A DNA stretch of 64,000 bases. Source: Gammaproteobacteria bacterium. GTDB taxonomy: Bacteria; Pseudomonadota; Gammaproteobacteria; JBCCGL01. Position 1 is the stretch's first letter. Every line of letters begins with the position of its first letter. This document shows, piece after piece, positions 29,827-40,432 of the stretch. The position numbers were made by a program, and so were the translations under genes. Location of the stretch: contig OZ255836.1 in the NCBI GenBank assembly GCA_965277715.1, forward strand, positions 2,080,001 to 2,144,000. Reading direction: 5' to 3'. The notes beneath the pieces were generated by a model. That model was given only the letters and a program-made list of their open reading frames with translations, searched no databases and had not been told where the DNA came from.

Positions 29827-31512
29827 ATGCAAATACCACTGCGCCCACCGGAACAGGTCATGCGCCTGGAACGTATGGGCTGCCGCTACCAGACGCGTAT
29901 CAGCTTTATGCGCTCGCTACTGCGGCGCCTGCGTGAAGAAAACTGGCACATCGAACAAACCCAGGCGAACTGGGACGCCGAGGGATACGGCACCGCTGTG
30001 TACCGCACCACAGGGCCAACGCATTGTTACAGCCTGATCGCCTACTCCAATCACCTCGATGCAGCAGACCGCTCTGACCGCGTTATCGCCGAGAAATGGG
30101 ACGCAGCCTTCACCCTATTCGATGGCAACCCAACACCTGCAGATATCGACCGACTACGGGAAAACGTGCCAAAACAGGAAGCCGGGCGTTGCAGCGCCAG
30201 CGAGCTCACCTTAAGCCGTGCCAACAAAAGCGTGCGCCTGTTCGAGCACGTTGTTGACAGCCTCGCCAACGGTCACCAGCCCAGCCTGGAAATGATCGCA
30301 CAAACCGGCTATCTGATGCGCACGACAGCCGTCTATGGCAACGGCAAATTTGGCCTGTCCGACCGACAGCGCACCTGCCACCGCGAGGCACTTGCCAGCC
30401 CCTATCAGGCCGAATTACTCACCGTATACCTGATTCGCTGCTTTACCCACGATTTGGTAGAGCACGTCGCCCGCTGCCGCAACCCGGAAAAAGCCGTACC
30501 ACTCGACAGACAAACCCGTCGCTACCTCGGTATCGGCAACTCTACCGGGCTTGGTATGGCACCATTTCTCTACCACCATCCACTGCTGATCCACAACTGG
30601 GTCACGGCGGCAGAAACCGCACTGGCAGCCGTTCGCAACGTCGAGCATATTGCCCCCCCTCAACAGCAGGCATTCAAACAGTCACTGACACAGGCACAGC
30701 GCATGTGCACACAATGGAATGTGCCAGACCAACGACAAATGCAGCGCATAGTGCAACTGCGCGCAGACCTTGACAGCCTGGCTGAACAACTGTCCAGTGA
30801 CCACTGGCTCGCAGGCACGCAACCCTGGAACACACTCTATTGCTGGGTCGAGAATACGCTTTCAATAGAAGCGCAAGAGCTGGTAGCCGCCCTGTTAATC
30901 GAAATGCACCCGGAAAAAGTCGACCACCTGGCAACCACAATGGGCACGCGTGATACAGTGGAGATTCAACCGGCAATGGCACTGGGCGAACTGGTAAAAC
31001 TGATCGAAACACACTACGTATGGGCATTAAAAATAGACTTCAATACACCACAGGCAACCCACTTTTTTTGGTACGCCTCAGAGGAAAAGCTCGAACCGCG
31101 TGTTGGTGAGCGCCACCTGGAGCCCGGCGCCGACCGCGAACACAAACTCACCGCAGCACGCGATACCGTCGCCCTGTACAACGACCTTCAATCGTTTCCG
31201 GCACAGCACAGCGTCGCTGAGTTTCTATTAACACACCCCCAACACCGCCATATTGTGCGGCGGATACAAACCCTGGCCAACTACCGCTATGCGGAAATCC
31301 AGGAAAACCTGCTCGGCTCCACCCTGCTGCCAATCGATATGTTGCGCTTCAAACTGGCCTTTTTTGGTGCGACAAAATTTGACCCAAAATCAGACAAATG
31401 GACGCGTATCACCCTGTACCAGGGCGCGCCGCTACCAGACGAAATTGGCCTGGCTGACAGTGACCGCTGGATGTTCCTGCCGCAAGCCCCCAGTGTTGAG
31501 CAGGCCACATGA
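29827..31512 (+). CDS. Conserved hypothetical protein (561 aa)
   Basis: Long ORF in operon between the dipeptidase and the DUF3726-like gene. Confidence 0.85.
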   Translation: MQIPLRPPEQVMRLERMGCRYQTRISFMRSLLRRLREENWHIEQTQANWDAEGYGTAVYRTTGPTHCYSLIAYSNHLDAADRSDRVIAEKWDAAFTLFDGNPTPADIDRLRENVPKQEAGRCSASELTLSRANKSVRLFEHVVDSLANGHQPSLEMIAQTGYLMRTTAVYGNGKFGLSDRQRTCHREALASPYQAELLTVYLIRCFTHDLVEHVARCRNPEKAVPLDRQTRRYLGIGNSTGLGMAPFLYHHPLLIHNWVTAAETALAAVRNVEHIAPPQQQAFKQSLTQAQRMCTQWNVPDQRQMQRIVQLRADLDSLAEQLSSDHWLAGTQPWNTLYCWVENTLSIEAQELVAALLIEMHPEKVDHLATTMGTRDTVEIQPAMALGELVKLIETHYVWALKIDFNTPQATHFFWYASEEKLEPRVGERHLEPGADREHKLTAARDTVALYNDLQSFPAQHSVAEFLLTHPQHRHIVRRIQTLANYRYAEIQENLLGSTLLPIDMLRFKLAFFGATKFDPKSDKWTRITLYQGAPLPDEIGLADSDRWMFLPQAPSVEQAT

Positions 31513-32237
31513 TCGTCTCTCTGAGTGAACTGGCCGAAATGGCCAAAAAAGCCACCAGCGGTTGTGGTCATCCATTTGGTATTGCCGAGGAAATGGCCTA
31601 CGCCACCCGCTGGCTTTGTGAGCATGGCTTACCCGGCATAGAAATACTAATAGAAGCGCTTGAACAACCGCCATCGTGTGCACCAGGCCTTGAGCGTAAT
31701 GCACAAGGCCTGTGCATTACCCACCCAACAGCCGCCCCCATTTCAGCACTCACCCTGGGGCCATCCATCGCGGATTTACTGATAACGTACGGTGCAGGCG
31801 GAAAAGTGCTCAGCATAAACACCTGCACCCAACCACTGATACTCATCCCTTTTATCGTCAAGGCGGCAAAGACCACCACTGTTCACACGCACTGGACAAC
31901 CGATAACAACACCCAGGTAACCGTTAGCTGTGGCCCCGGGTGTGACCCTGGATGTGACACCGGGGGCACACATATTTTTGCCCATGACACCCAGGCACTC
32001 AGGCAAACCCACGCCAACAACATTACCTGCCAATGGGGGCAGACCGCGCCTGTTACACCCCGTTTGCTATCCCCTCAACAATTGCGTGAACAACGCCAGT
32101 CCGCCATTGCCAATGGGTGTAAAATCGATGATTTACTTTGGAAAAAAGTACAACAACACGCGCACAACACCTACGTACCCGTCAGTGAAACATCACGGCT
32201 GCGGGGCGCTGGCGCTGGCTTAACGGATAACGACTAA
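31509..32237 (+). CDS. DUF3726-like protein
   Basis: S.SE....KKA..G.G...G.AEE and C-terminal YVP.SE.SR..GAGAGL.DND. Confidence 0.8.
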   Translation: MIVSLSELAEMAKKATSGCGHPFGIAEEMAYATRWLCEHGLPGIEILIEALEQPPSCAPGLERNAQGLCITHPTAAPISALTLGPSIADLLITYGAGGKVLSINTCTQPLILIPFIVKAAKTTTVHTHWTTDNNTQVTVSCGPGCDPGCDTGGTHIFAHDTQALRQTHANNITCQWGQTAPVTPRLLSPQQLREQRQSAIANGCKIDDLLWKKVQQHAHNTYVPVSETSRLRGAGAGLTDND

Positions 32238-32443
32238 ATCGCGTATTTAAATGCTTCAATAACAGAGAATTCAAAAAACGCATTGATAGACCATGCATTA
32301 CACACTACTATGCCGCCCAGTCGTGCTATATGACCAATGTACACTACGCATAAAAGTACCCACTGTTTCACACTACTTACTTTATAACCCTTTAATTTAA
32401 CATCTGAATTTAAACACCTAAATTTAAAAACCTGGGAGATAAC

Positions 32444-33085
32444 ATGCTTATAATTGATTTTCTATCCCGCTGGGGACACGTGCTATTCGGCGTTACCTGG
32501 ATCGGCCTGCTCTACTATTTCAATTTCATCCAGGGCGAATATTTCAAAGAAGCCGAGGCCGGTGCCAAAGCAGACGCCACTAAAAAACTCGCACCACGCG
32601 CACTCTGGTGGTTTCGTTGGGGTGCAATGGGCACCTTCCTGACCGGTGTTTACCTGTTTGCCACACTCGGTGGTGGAATCAATCAATACATCGCACTGAG
32701 TGCATTGATGGGCACACTGATGTTTCTCAATGTGTGGCTGATTATCTGGCCAAACCAGAAAATCGTCTGCGGCATCGTCGAAGGGGATGCTGCCAGCGCT
32801 GGCCCTAAAGCACTGCTTGCATCGCGCACTAACACCTTATTCTCAGCGCCTATGCTGTTTGGTATGTTGGGCTCCAAGCACGGTACACTCACCGCAGGTG
32901 CCAATGGTGGCTTTGATGCAATCAACTTGGGCGATATGGGGTTTTTAATCGGCCTGCTGCTGATTGTCGCACTTGAAGTCAATGCCATCGTCGGCAAAAT
33001 GGGTCCCATTGCCACCGTAAAAGGGGTTATCCATTGTAGCCTGGGGCTCACTGTTATCATGTTTGGCATCGTCCACTACGTGTAA
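32444..33085 (+). CDS. Urate hydroxylase PuuD-like membrane protein (no cytochrome c domain)
   Basis: RW.H...G..WIGLLYYFNF, LWWFRW, NVW.IIWP.Q, SRTNT..S.PM. Confidence 0.8.
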   Translation: MLIIDFLSRWGHVLFGVTWIGLLYYFNFIQGEYFKEAEAGAKADATKKLAPRALWWFRWGAMGTFLTGVYLFATLGGGINQYIALSALMGTLMFLNVWLIIWPNQKIVCGIVEGDAASAGPKALLASRTNTLFSAPMLFGMLGSKHGTLTAGANGGFDAINLGDMGFLIGLLLIVALEVNAIVGKMGPIATVKGVIHCSLGLTVIMFGIVHYV

Positions 33086-33106
33086 GCAATCCGCTCTTTG
33101 CAAAAC

Positions 33107-33136
33107 AAAAAACCCGGTTCTTTACCGGGTTTTTTT
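33107..33136 (+). terminator. Rho-independent terminator
   Basis: aaaaaacccggt-tcttt-accgggttttttt. Confidence 0.85.
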
Positions 33137-33160
33137 ATTTCAGATACGGTGACTGAATCC

Positions 33161-33769
33161 ATGCCTGACAAAACCTTTGTATTCGACCTCGCTGGCGTCC
33201 TGATAAACTGGGACCCCTCCCCGCTATACCAACGCCTGTTCGACAATCAACAGGCAAAGCTCGACTATTTTTTTACCTCAGTACTAAACGACCAGGCGCA
33301 GGCGCGCATCAGCGCTGGCACCCCCATGCAGCAAGTGCTCGACGCGCTGGCAACACAACACCCGGATTACACCGATGCCATCCACGCCTGGCGAACCCAC
33401 TGGCGGGAAATGGTCATCGGGCCAATTGGTGGCACAGTCGCCGCACTGGGCGAAATACGCGAACGCGGTTACAAAACCTATGCACTGGGAAATTGGGCAC
33501 GCGAGGAGTTCGATTGGGTGGTCGACGAATTCGACTTCCTGCAACAATTTGATGGTGTCCTGCTGTCAGGTGACTGTGGCCTATTGAAACCCGACGAAGG
33601 TATTTACCAACGCGCCGAACAACAATTTGCTTTACAGCCAGCGCATACTATATTTATCGATGATCGGGAAGACAATGTGCTGACCGCTATTCAACGGGGC
33701 TGGAATGGCATCGTCTTTGAGAACCCAAGACAGCTTTATTTAACACTGATGGAATACCAGTTGTTATAG
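33161..33769 (+). CDS. HAD-family hydrolase
   Basis: VFDLAGVL, KPD..IY, FIDD. Confidence 0.9.
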   Translation: MPDKTFVFDLAGVLINWDPSPLYQRLFDNQQAKLDYFFTSVLNDQAQARISAGTPMQQVLDALATQHPDYTDAIHAWRTHWREMVIGPIGGTVAALGEIRERGYKTYALGNWAREEFDWVVDEFDFLQQFDGVLLSGDCGLLKPDEGIYQRAEQQFALQPAHTIFIDDREDNVLTAIQRGWNGIVFENPRQLYLTLMEYQLL

Positions 33770-34106
33770 AGGGAGCAAGGGCTATTGCTCTCGATGCTAC
33801 GGTGCTTTCCGACACCATCTACAAATAGCAACCGGGTAGCAAATACTGCTAATTTTCGACTCAATTACAAATAATTAGCCTAAATTATAAAAAATTAAAC
33901 AAATTTCAATCATTATTTAAATAATTGCCTATAATACCTAAAGCTATTGACTATTCTCGGCATGTATACCTTGAGCAATAGCGCAAACTATTAGTTGCAT
34001 TTTATCAGGATTTTTCAGTAGTGTTATTTTAGTACTTTCTGTTCATCTCTTATCGCAAATCTGCAATTTAATAGCGACTTATTTTTTACTACCAGAGGTT
34101 ATTTTC

Positions 34107-34307
34107 ATGGCAACAGGAACGGTTAAGTGGTTTAACGAAGCTAAAGGATTTGGTTTCATTAGTCCCGCCGATGGCGGCGCGGACGTATTTGTGCATTTTT
34201 CTGCAATTGCAGGTGATGGTTTTAAAACGCTGACCGAAGGCCAGCAGGTTAGTTTTGATGTAACTGATGGAAACAAAGGCCCCCAGGCGTCTAACGTTGC
34301 CATCTAA
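34107..34307 (+). CDS. cspA: Cold-shock protein
   Basis: [24 protein letters not shown]; long AT-rich upstream leader; paralog identity within the Csp family uncertain. Confidence 0.9.
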   Translation: MATGTVKWFNEAKGFGFISPADGGADVFVHFSAIAGDGFKTLTEGQQVSFDVTDGNKGPQASNVAI

Positions 34308-34336
34308 ACTTCAGGCCTGTAGGCCTGTCACTATTT

Positions 34337-34678
34337 TCAACCCCTCGTAATGTGAGTTTCAACCCCTGTACGAGGGGGTTTTTTACGTGACGTATATTCA
34401 TCACGGCACACCATCTCATCACATATCGTCGCATCAACGAGCTGCTGTTTTTGCCATCTTGTCATTTTTTTAATCGCCACTTCCCGCTGGCAGGCCGCCG
34501 AACGTGTTGGCACACACTCACTGTAAACCAGACTAAGTGGTCGCCGTGTGCGGGTATATTTTGCCGCCAACCGATCATCGTGATTGTGCTCATGCAGACG
34601 GCGTTGCAGATCAACGGTAATCCCTGTGTATAAACTGCCATCGGCACAATGCAATACATAGGTATACCAATCACTCAT
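34337..34678 (-). CDS. GIY-YIG nuclease family protein (YhbQ-like)
   Basis: WY.Y.L.C.DGSLYTGIT.D..RR..EHN, AKYTR.RRP. Confidence 0.9.
   Translation of the reverse strand: MSDWYTYVLHCADGSLYTGITVDLQRRLHEHNHDDRLAAKYTRTRRPLSLVYSECVPTRSAACQREVAIKKMTRWQKQQLVDATICDEMVCRDEYTSRKKPPRTGVETHITRG
34361..34385 (+). terminator. Probable terminator of the csp gene
   Basis: aacccct-gtacga-gggggtt followed by a T run. Confidence 0.6.
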
Positions 34679-34709
34679 AAAAAAATCTCTTCATGCTTAC
34701 GCTTTGGCC

Positions 34710-36260
34710 ATGCCTTTATCGTTTACACTTAACAACCAGTCCCCAACCACGCCTATTCCCGGACACGCTGTGCACAAATCAAAAACACTCGAACAATTAG
34801 ATTTTGACAACAGCTATGCGCGCCTCCCGGCGCTCTTCCACTCGGCACACGACCCCACACCGTTGAATGAACACCGGCTGGTTCACTTCAACCGGTCGGC
34901 GGCGGCACTCATCGATCTCGACCCTGACGAGGCATTGCGCCATGACTTTGTTGATATTATCAGTGGAACACAACCACTGCCCGGTTTCCAACCCATCGCC
35001 TGTTGCTATGCGGGTCACCAGTTTGGCCACTTCGTGCCACGCCTGGGTGATGGCCGTGCCATTTTACTGGGTGAGGTGTGTAACGAGCAAAGTGAGCGCT
35101 GGGATCTACAGCTCAAAGGGGCGGGGCTAACCCGCTACTCACGCGAGGGGGATGGCCGCGCCGTACTGCGCTCCTCAATACGCGAATACCTGTGCAGTGA
35201 GGCGATGCACGGGCTTGGTATCGGCACTACCCGCGCCCTGTGTTTAACTACCAGCAATGAAGCCGTATACCGGGAACGCATCGAGCCAGGCGCCATGGTG
35301 CTGCGTATGGCACCCAGCCATATCCGTTTTGGCAGCTTTGAATATTGCTACTACTCGCAACGCTTCGACGCACTAAAAACCCTCGCTGATTACACCTTAC
35401 AAACACATTTCAAACACCTGCTGGCGCATCAAAACCCTTACCTTTCGCTTCTCATTGAAGCCATCGACTCAACGGCAAAATTGATCGCGCAGTGGCAGTC
35501 TGTCGGGTTTATGCACGGCGTGATGAATACCGACAACATGTCGATTCATGGACTCACCATCGATTATGGCCCGTTTGGATTTATGCAGGCATTTAACCCC
35601 GGCCACATTTGTAACCACTCAGACCACAGTGGCCGCTACGCTTTCAACCGGCAGCCGGAGATCGGCCTGTTCAACCTTAGCTGCCTGGCCCAGGCACTGG
35701 TGCCACTGTTCGATCCGGTAGCAGAGAAATCCGCCGAACTGGCAACCACTGAGCTACACAAATACCAGGCCCTGTATGAACAATATTACGACGGTTTAAT
35801 GCGAGAAAAACTCGGCCTGTACACCTCACAGGAAGAGGACAAAGCGCTCCAGCTATCCCTGTTAGACACCATGCAGGCAAACCAGGTAGACTTTACCCGT
35901 CTCTTTCGCGCACTTTCAGACCCTGACCATAACCGGCGCAACAACAAGGCGCGCGCACTCTTTGCCAACCCGGCAGCTTGCGATGCATGGATGGTGCAAT
36001 ACGACGCAAGATTGACACGCGAAAGTACCCGCACAACAACCCGCAGCCAGCGCATGCAAAAGGCCAACCCAAAATACATACTGCATAACCACATAGCCGA
36101 AACCGCTATCCGCAAGGCAGAAGATGCGCAGGATTACAGCGAAATCGAACAGTTGATGACCTTACTCGCCACACCCTTTGACGAGCACCCGGCGATGTCA
36201 CACTATGCCGACACCACCCCGGCGTGGGCATCACAGTTAACGGTGAGCTGTTCTTCATAA
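34710..36260 (+). CDS. selO: Protein adenylyltransferase SelO
   Basis: YAGHQFG, LGDGRA, LKGAG.T.YSR..DGRAVLRS, HGVMNTDN; C-terminal SCSS; exact start uncertain. Confidence 0.95.
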   Translation: MPLSFTLNNQSPTTPIPGHAVHKSKTLEQLDFDNSYARLPALFHSAHDPTPLNEHRLVHFNRSAAALIDLDPDEALRHDFVDIISGTQPLPGFQPIACCYAGHQFGHFVPRLGDGRAILLGEVCNEQSERWDLQLKGAGLTRYSREGDGRAVLRSSIREYLCSEAMHGLGIGTTRALCLTTSNEAVYRERIEPGAMVLRMAPSHIRFGSFEYCYYSQRFDALKTLADYTLQTHFKHLLAHQNPYLSLLIEAIDSTAKLIAQWQSVGFMHGVMNTDNMSIHGLTIDYGPFGFMQAFNPGHICNHSDHSGRYAFNRQPEIGLFNLSCLAQALVPLFDPVAEKSAELATTELHKYQALYEQYYDGLMREKLGLYTSQEEDKALQLSLLDTMQANQVDFTRLFRALSDPDHNRRNNKARALFANPAACDAWMVQYDARLTRESTRTTTRSQRMQKANPKYILHNHIAETAIRKAEDAQDYSEIEQLMTLLATPFDEHPAMSHYADTTPAWASQLTVSCSS

Positions 36261-36297
36261 AAACGATATTAATCCATTGAGCCATAGCGATAAGACC

Positions 36298-36912
36298 ATG
36301 AGTGACGAAAAAACCCTTTATTACATACACGACCCGATGTGTAGCTGGTGTTGGGGATTCAGCAAAACCTGGGGCACAGTGGTCGAGGAACTTGAGGGAA
36401 CTGTCGACATTCGCTATGTACTCGGTGGGCTGGCACCCGACTCACACCAGGCAATGCCCGCCGCCATGCAACACATGCTACAGGATACCTGGCATACCAT
36501 TCAGGCGCGGATTCCCGGCACCGAATTCAACTTCGACTTCTGGACACAGTGCCAACCGCGACGCTCGACTTACCCAGCCTGCCGCGCCGTGCTCGCGGCC
36601 AAAGCGCAGTCGCCCAGCCGGGAGCGGGAAATGATCACCTCGATCCAACACGCTTACTACCTGCATGCACGCAATCCATCGAATGACGATGTATTGATCG
36701 ATCTGGCAGGTGATTTAGGGCTGGATAGTGAACAGTTCAGTACCGACCTGAACAGCGATGAGACCCACAAGACACTGCACAACGAAATTGTTTTTGGCCA
36801 ACAGCTTGGCGCGCAAGGGTTTCCAAGCATGGTGCTGGTATCGCACAACAACCGTAAATTACTGCACCTGGACTATAATTCACCAGAGAATATCCTGCAG
36901 CAAATCGCGTGA
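36298..36912 (+). CDS. DsbA/FrnE-like thioredoxin-fold protein
   Basis: DPMCSWCWGF, GFPS. Confidence 0.9.
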   Translation: MSDEKTLYYIHDPMCSWCWGFSKTWGTVVEELEGTVDIRYVLGGLAPDSHQAMPAAMQHMLQDTWHTIQARIPGTEFNFDFWTQCQPRRSTYPACRAVLAAKAQSPSREREMITSIQHAYYLHARNPSNDDVLIDLAGDLGLDSEQFSTDLNSDETHKTLHNEIVFGQQLGAQGFPSMVLVSHNNRKLLHLDYNSPENILQQIA

Positions 36913-37009
36913 TTGCAAACGCGCTCACTGCACACGCTAAAAGCAATAGCGCAAGCGTTTTTAGTGTAAATTTGCACCTCTTTAACAACAACAAAAACCA
37001 CCGAAACCC

Positions 37010-38131
37010 ATGATCGCCAAAATCTGGCTACGCGCCGAAACCAAACCCAACGAGCAACGCTCAGCACTCACCCCCCAATCGGCAAAAGCATTACTGGCAG
37101 CGGGCCACCAGGTGTTCGTCGAACGCTCAACCCAGTCAGCCATTCCCGCCCAGGCATTTGCCGATGCAGGCTGTACTATGACCGCCCCCGGTAGCTGGCC
37201 ACAAGCCCCGGATGACGCCTATATCCTCGGCCTCAAAGAGCTGCCTGAAACGGGCGAGGCACTTAAACACAAACACATCTACTTCGCCCACGCCTACAAA
37301 CAACAACACGGGTGGCAAGCGACCCTGAACCGCTTTGTACGTGGCGGCGGCGAACTGTTCGACCTCGAATTCCTGCTCGATGAAAACGCCCGCCGGGTCG
37401 CGGCATTTGGCTACTGGGCGGGCTTTGCCGGTGCCGCCGTGGCGGTGAAGGCCTGGTGTGGGCAACAAACGGATGCACAACCCGTTATCGCTGGCCTGTC
37501 TTCCTATACCAGCCAGGACGCTTTGTTAGCCGCACTGCGGAGCGACTTGGCCCAGGCCAGTAATCAGGCCAGTAATCAGGCCAGCAACCAGGCCAACTCC
37601 ACAGGGGAAAACACACCCTCAATGCTAGTGATCGGCGCAGCGGGCCGGGTGGGCACAGGCGCTTGCACACTGGCAGAGCAGCTTGGCCTGCCAGTTACCC
37701 GCTGGGATATTGCCGAAACCGCACGCGGTGGCCCCTTTGAAGAGATTCTGGCGCACACACTTTTTGTCAACTGTGTGTTAGTCAACCGCCCTCTACCACC
37801 GTTTATCACCTCTGAGTTATTGGCCCGACCAAACCGCCAGCTCAGCGTTATTTCAGATGTGAGTTGTGATCCCTACGGTGACTACAACCCACTGCCGGTT
37901 TACACGGAATGCACTACATTTGAACAACCGACTCAGCGCTTGATCGATGCGCCAACCCCATTGGATCTGATTGCGATCGATCATCTGCCATCGATGTTGC
38001 CAGTGGAGTCGAGCGAGGATTTCAGCCAGCAACTGTTGCCCCATTTATTGCAGCTTGACCCGGTGGATAACCCGGTATGGCGCGGTGCGCGGGCTATCTT
38101 TCGCGAAAAAATTGCGCTGTTATCATATTAA
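37010..38131 (+). CDS. Saccharopine dehydrogenase, NAD+ L-lysine-forming (LYS1-like)
   Basis: LRAE.K..E.R, GLKELP, HIYFAH.YK.Q, VAAFG..AG..G, IDHLPS.LP.E.S. Confidence 0.9.
   Translation: MIAKIWLRAETKPNEQRSALTPQSAKALLAAGHQVFVERSTQSAIPAQAFADAGCTMTAPGSWPQAPDDAYILGLKELPETGEALKHKHIYFAHAYKQQHGWQATLNRFVRGGGELFDLEFLLDENARRVAAFGYWAGFAGAAVAVKAWCGQQTDAQPVIAGLSSYTSQDALLAALRSDLAQASNQASNQASNQANSTGENTPSMLVIGAAGRVGTGACTLAEQLGLPVTRWDIAETARGGPFEEILAHTLFVNCVLVNRPLPPFITSELLARPNRQLSVISDVSCDPYGDYNPLPVYTECTTFEQPTQRLIDAPTPLDLIAIDHLPSMLPVESSEDFSQQLLPHLLQLDPVDNPVWRGARAIFREKIALLSY
37552..37598 (+). repeat. In-frame 12-bp tandem repeat (QASN x3-4)
   Basis: caggccagtaat units. Confidence 0.8.
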
Positions 38132-38157
38132 AAAACACAAAACCAAAGGGGAAACTA

Positions 38158-39342
38158 ATGTCAACTATTCACTGGCTGGGCACCGGCCTGTCAACTGTAC
38201 CGGGCATCCGCAGGCTGGCCAGCAGCGGTAAGTCGCTGACACTGTGGAACCGCACGCCCGATAAAGCCCATGCAGCGCTCACCGGGCTGGACAGCACAGC
38301 ACAGGTACGCAAATTCGACATTGAAGCACTCACCGCGAGCGTACAGCCCGGTGATATTCTGGTCTCCATGCTGCCCGGCACCTGGCATGTAAAAATCGCC
38401 CGGCTGGCGCTGGATAAAGGCGCGCACTTTGTCTCCAGCTCTTATATATCCGATGAAATGCAGGCTCTCAACGACGCAGCGCATAACAAAGGCCTGGCGC
38501 TGGTTAATGAAGTGGGGTTAGATCCCGGTATCGACCACCTGATGGCACACTCGCTGATCGACCACTACCGCCAGGCAGCTGAATACAATGCCAGCCACCG
38601 CCTGCGCTTTCGCTCTTACTGCGGCGGGTTTCCAAAAATCCCTAACGATTTTCGCTATAAATTCAGTTGGTCACCGCTGGGTGTACTAAAAGCCCTGAAG
38701 TCTCCGGCGCGCAGCATCCGTGAAGGGGAAGTGACCGATACGGTGCGACCCTGGGATGCGCTCAGCGATTACACCGCCAGGCTGCCCACTGGCGCAGAGA
38801 CCTTTCAGGCTTACCCCAATCGCGATTCGCTACCGTTTATGTCAGCCTACCACTTCAACCCGCAATGGCCGGTCGATGAGTTTGTGCGCGGCACTTTGCG
38901 GCTCAACGGTTGGTCTGACGCCTGGGCATCGATTTTCGCTGAAATCGACACGCTACAAGGTGCAGAAGGTGATGCGCGCCTCCAGGCGATGAGCGATGAG
39001 TTGTGGCACACCCAGGGCTACGACCCCGGCGAGCCAGACCGTGTTGTACTGTGCGTGGAGCTTGAAGCGCGCCCGGCTGCCAATGATCAGGCCATTTGGC
39101 ACCAAAGCTATGTGATCGACGCCTGTGGTAACGATAAAGGCAACGCGATGGCGCGGCTGGTATCGCTGCCTGTTAGCCTGGCGGTTGAGGCGGTAGCGGC
39201 GGGCCGTATCGGTGCGGGTGTCTCTGCGGCGCCCAGCGATCCGCAGTTAGTGGCCGAATGGTTCGCTACATTGCGGTCTCTGGGTGAGGCGATTCACCGT
39301 ATTGACCACCTGACCTCCTATCCCATATCGTGCGGGTATTAA
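38158..39342 (+). CDS. Saccharopine dehydrogenase, glutamate-forming (LYS9-like)
   Basis: NEVGLDPGIDH, SYCGG, YKFSWSP.GV, YPNRDS, RGTLR. Confidence 0.9.
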   Translation: MSTIHWLGTGLSTVPGIRRLASSGKSLTLWNRTPDKAHAALTGLDSTAQVRKFDIEALTASVQPGDILVSMLPGTWHVKIARLALDKGAHFVSSSYISDEMQALNDAAHNKGLALVNEVGLDPGIDHLMAHSLIDHYRQAAEYNASHRLRFRSYCGGFPKIPNDFRYKFSWSPLGVLKALKSPARSIREGEVTDTVRPWDALSDYTARLPTGAETFQAYPNRDSLPFMSAYHFNPQWPVDEFVRGTLRLNGWSDAWASIFAEIDTLQGAEGDARLQAMSDELWHTQGYDPGEPDRVVLCVELEARPAANDQAIWHQSYVIDACGNDKGNAMARLVSLPVSLAVEAVAAGRIGAGVSAAPSDPQLVAEWFATLRSLGEAIHRIDHLTSYPISCGY

Positions 39343-40094
39343 TTACAAACGACGACGGTATCGACGCTGACGGTATCGCCCTGCTGGAACAGACAGCGCG
39401 CAGACTGTCAGACGATATATGGGTCGTCGCCCCCGCCACTAACCAGAGTTCGCGCAGCCGGGCGATTACGCAAACCCAGAAAGTCGCGTGCGACCAACGT
39501 GGCGAACAGCGCTTTGCGGTGCACGGCACACCGGGGGACTGCATCATTATTGCGCTCAACGGGCTGATTCCCGGCAGGCAGCCAGATATTGTGCTCAGCG
39601 GTGTCAACCGAGGCTCTAACCTCGGTGAAGACCTGGCACTCTCCGGCACCATCGGCGCCTGCCTGCAGGCTTGGGAACAGGGAGTGCCGGGGATTGCCCT
39701 GAGCCAGGTATTGGCCAACTTCACGGATAAACACACCAACTGGCGCAGCAGCACAGCTCATCTTGAAACATTTTTGCAGCACATGCTGCCACTGTTGATC
39801 GATAACCCCACAGTGCTCAATGTAAATTTTCCACCACTGGATGACCCACAGGCACTAGCGGGCAGTAAGGTTGCAGAAATCGGGCGGCGACTACTGCCAC
39901 TGATGGTCAAGTCTGAAATAGATGCCAGCGGCCAGCAATGGTTTGACTACCGTTCACTGCGCAATAAAACCAAACGCAGCAAAGACAGCGACATCGACCT
40001 GGCTTATCGCGGCTTTATTACCCTGACCCCGCTCACGCTGGAAATGGCCGATTACACACGTTTTGCCACACTGACACAAACACTCAACCTTTAA
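39330..40094 (+). CDS. surE: 5'/3'-nucleotidase SurE
   Basis: LITNDDG, GTP.DC, SGVNRGSN, SGT. Confidence 0.9.
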   Translation: MRVLITNDDGIDADGIALLEQTARRLSDDIWVVAPATNQSSRSRAITQTQKVACDQRGEQRFAVHGTPGDCIIIALNGLIPGRQPDIVLSGVNRGSNLGEDLALSGTIGACLQAWEQGVPGIALSQVLANFTDKHTNWRSSTAHLETFLQHMLPLLIDNPTVLNVNFPPLDDPQALAGSKVAEIGRRLLPLMVKSEIDASGQQWFDYRSLRNKTKRSKDSDIDLAYRGFITLTPLTLEMADYTRFATLTQTLNL

Positions 40095-40114
40095 CACTAA
40101 CCGGGAGAAAAACC

Positions 40115-40399
40115 ATGGCAGCTTACTGGATGGTGAGAAGCGGCGAAATAAAAGACCAGGCAGCGCTGGAAGAATATGGCAGGCGCTGGAGCGCGATTGC
40201 CGAACGCTTCCAGGCGCGGGTGATCGCCCGTGGTGAGCACCAAACCCCGGAAGGTCGCGATTCGCCACGGGTGCTTATCGTCGAATTCCCCAGCTATTCA
40301 CAGGCTATTGCCTGCTACGAGGATGCCGAATACCAACAGGCGATAGTTTTTGCCAACCGGGCCTTTGACCGCGAGTTGACTATTATCAATGGCGTGTAA
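40115..40399 (+). CDS. DUF1330-family protein
   Basis: Y...ARG.....EG...R..IVEFPS...A..CY....YQ. Confidence 0.85.
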   Translation: MAAYWMVRSGEIKDQAALEEYGRRWSAIAERFQARVIARGEHQTPEGRDSPRVLIVEFPSYSQAIACYEDAEYQQAIVFANRAFDRELTIINGV

Positions 40400-40432
40400 C
40401 GGCCACAGCCAAGGTTATTCCGGGAGCTCCCC

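Noticed and set aside
36240-36300. Selenocysteine recoding at the SelO C-terminus
   Set aside because: The gene ends ...SCSS-TAA with no in-frame TGA.
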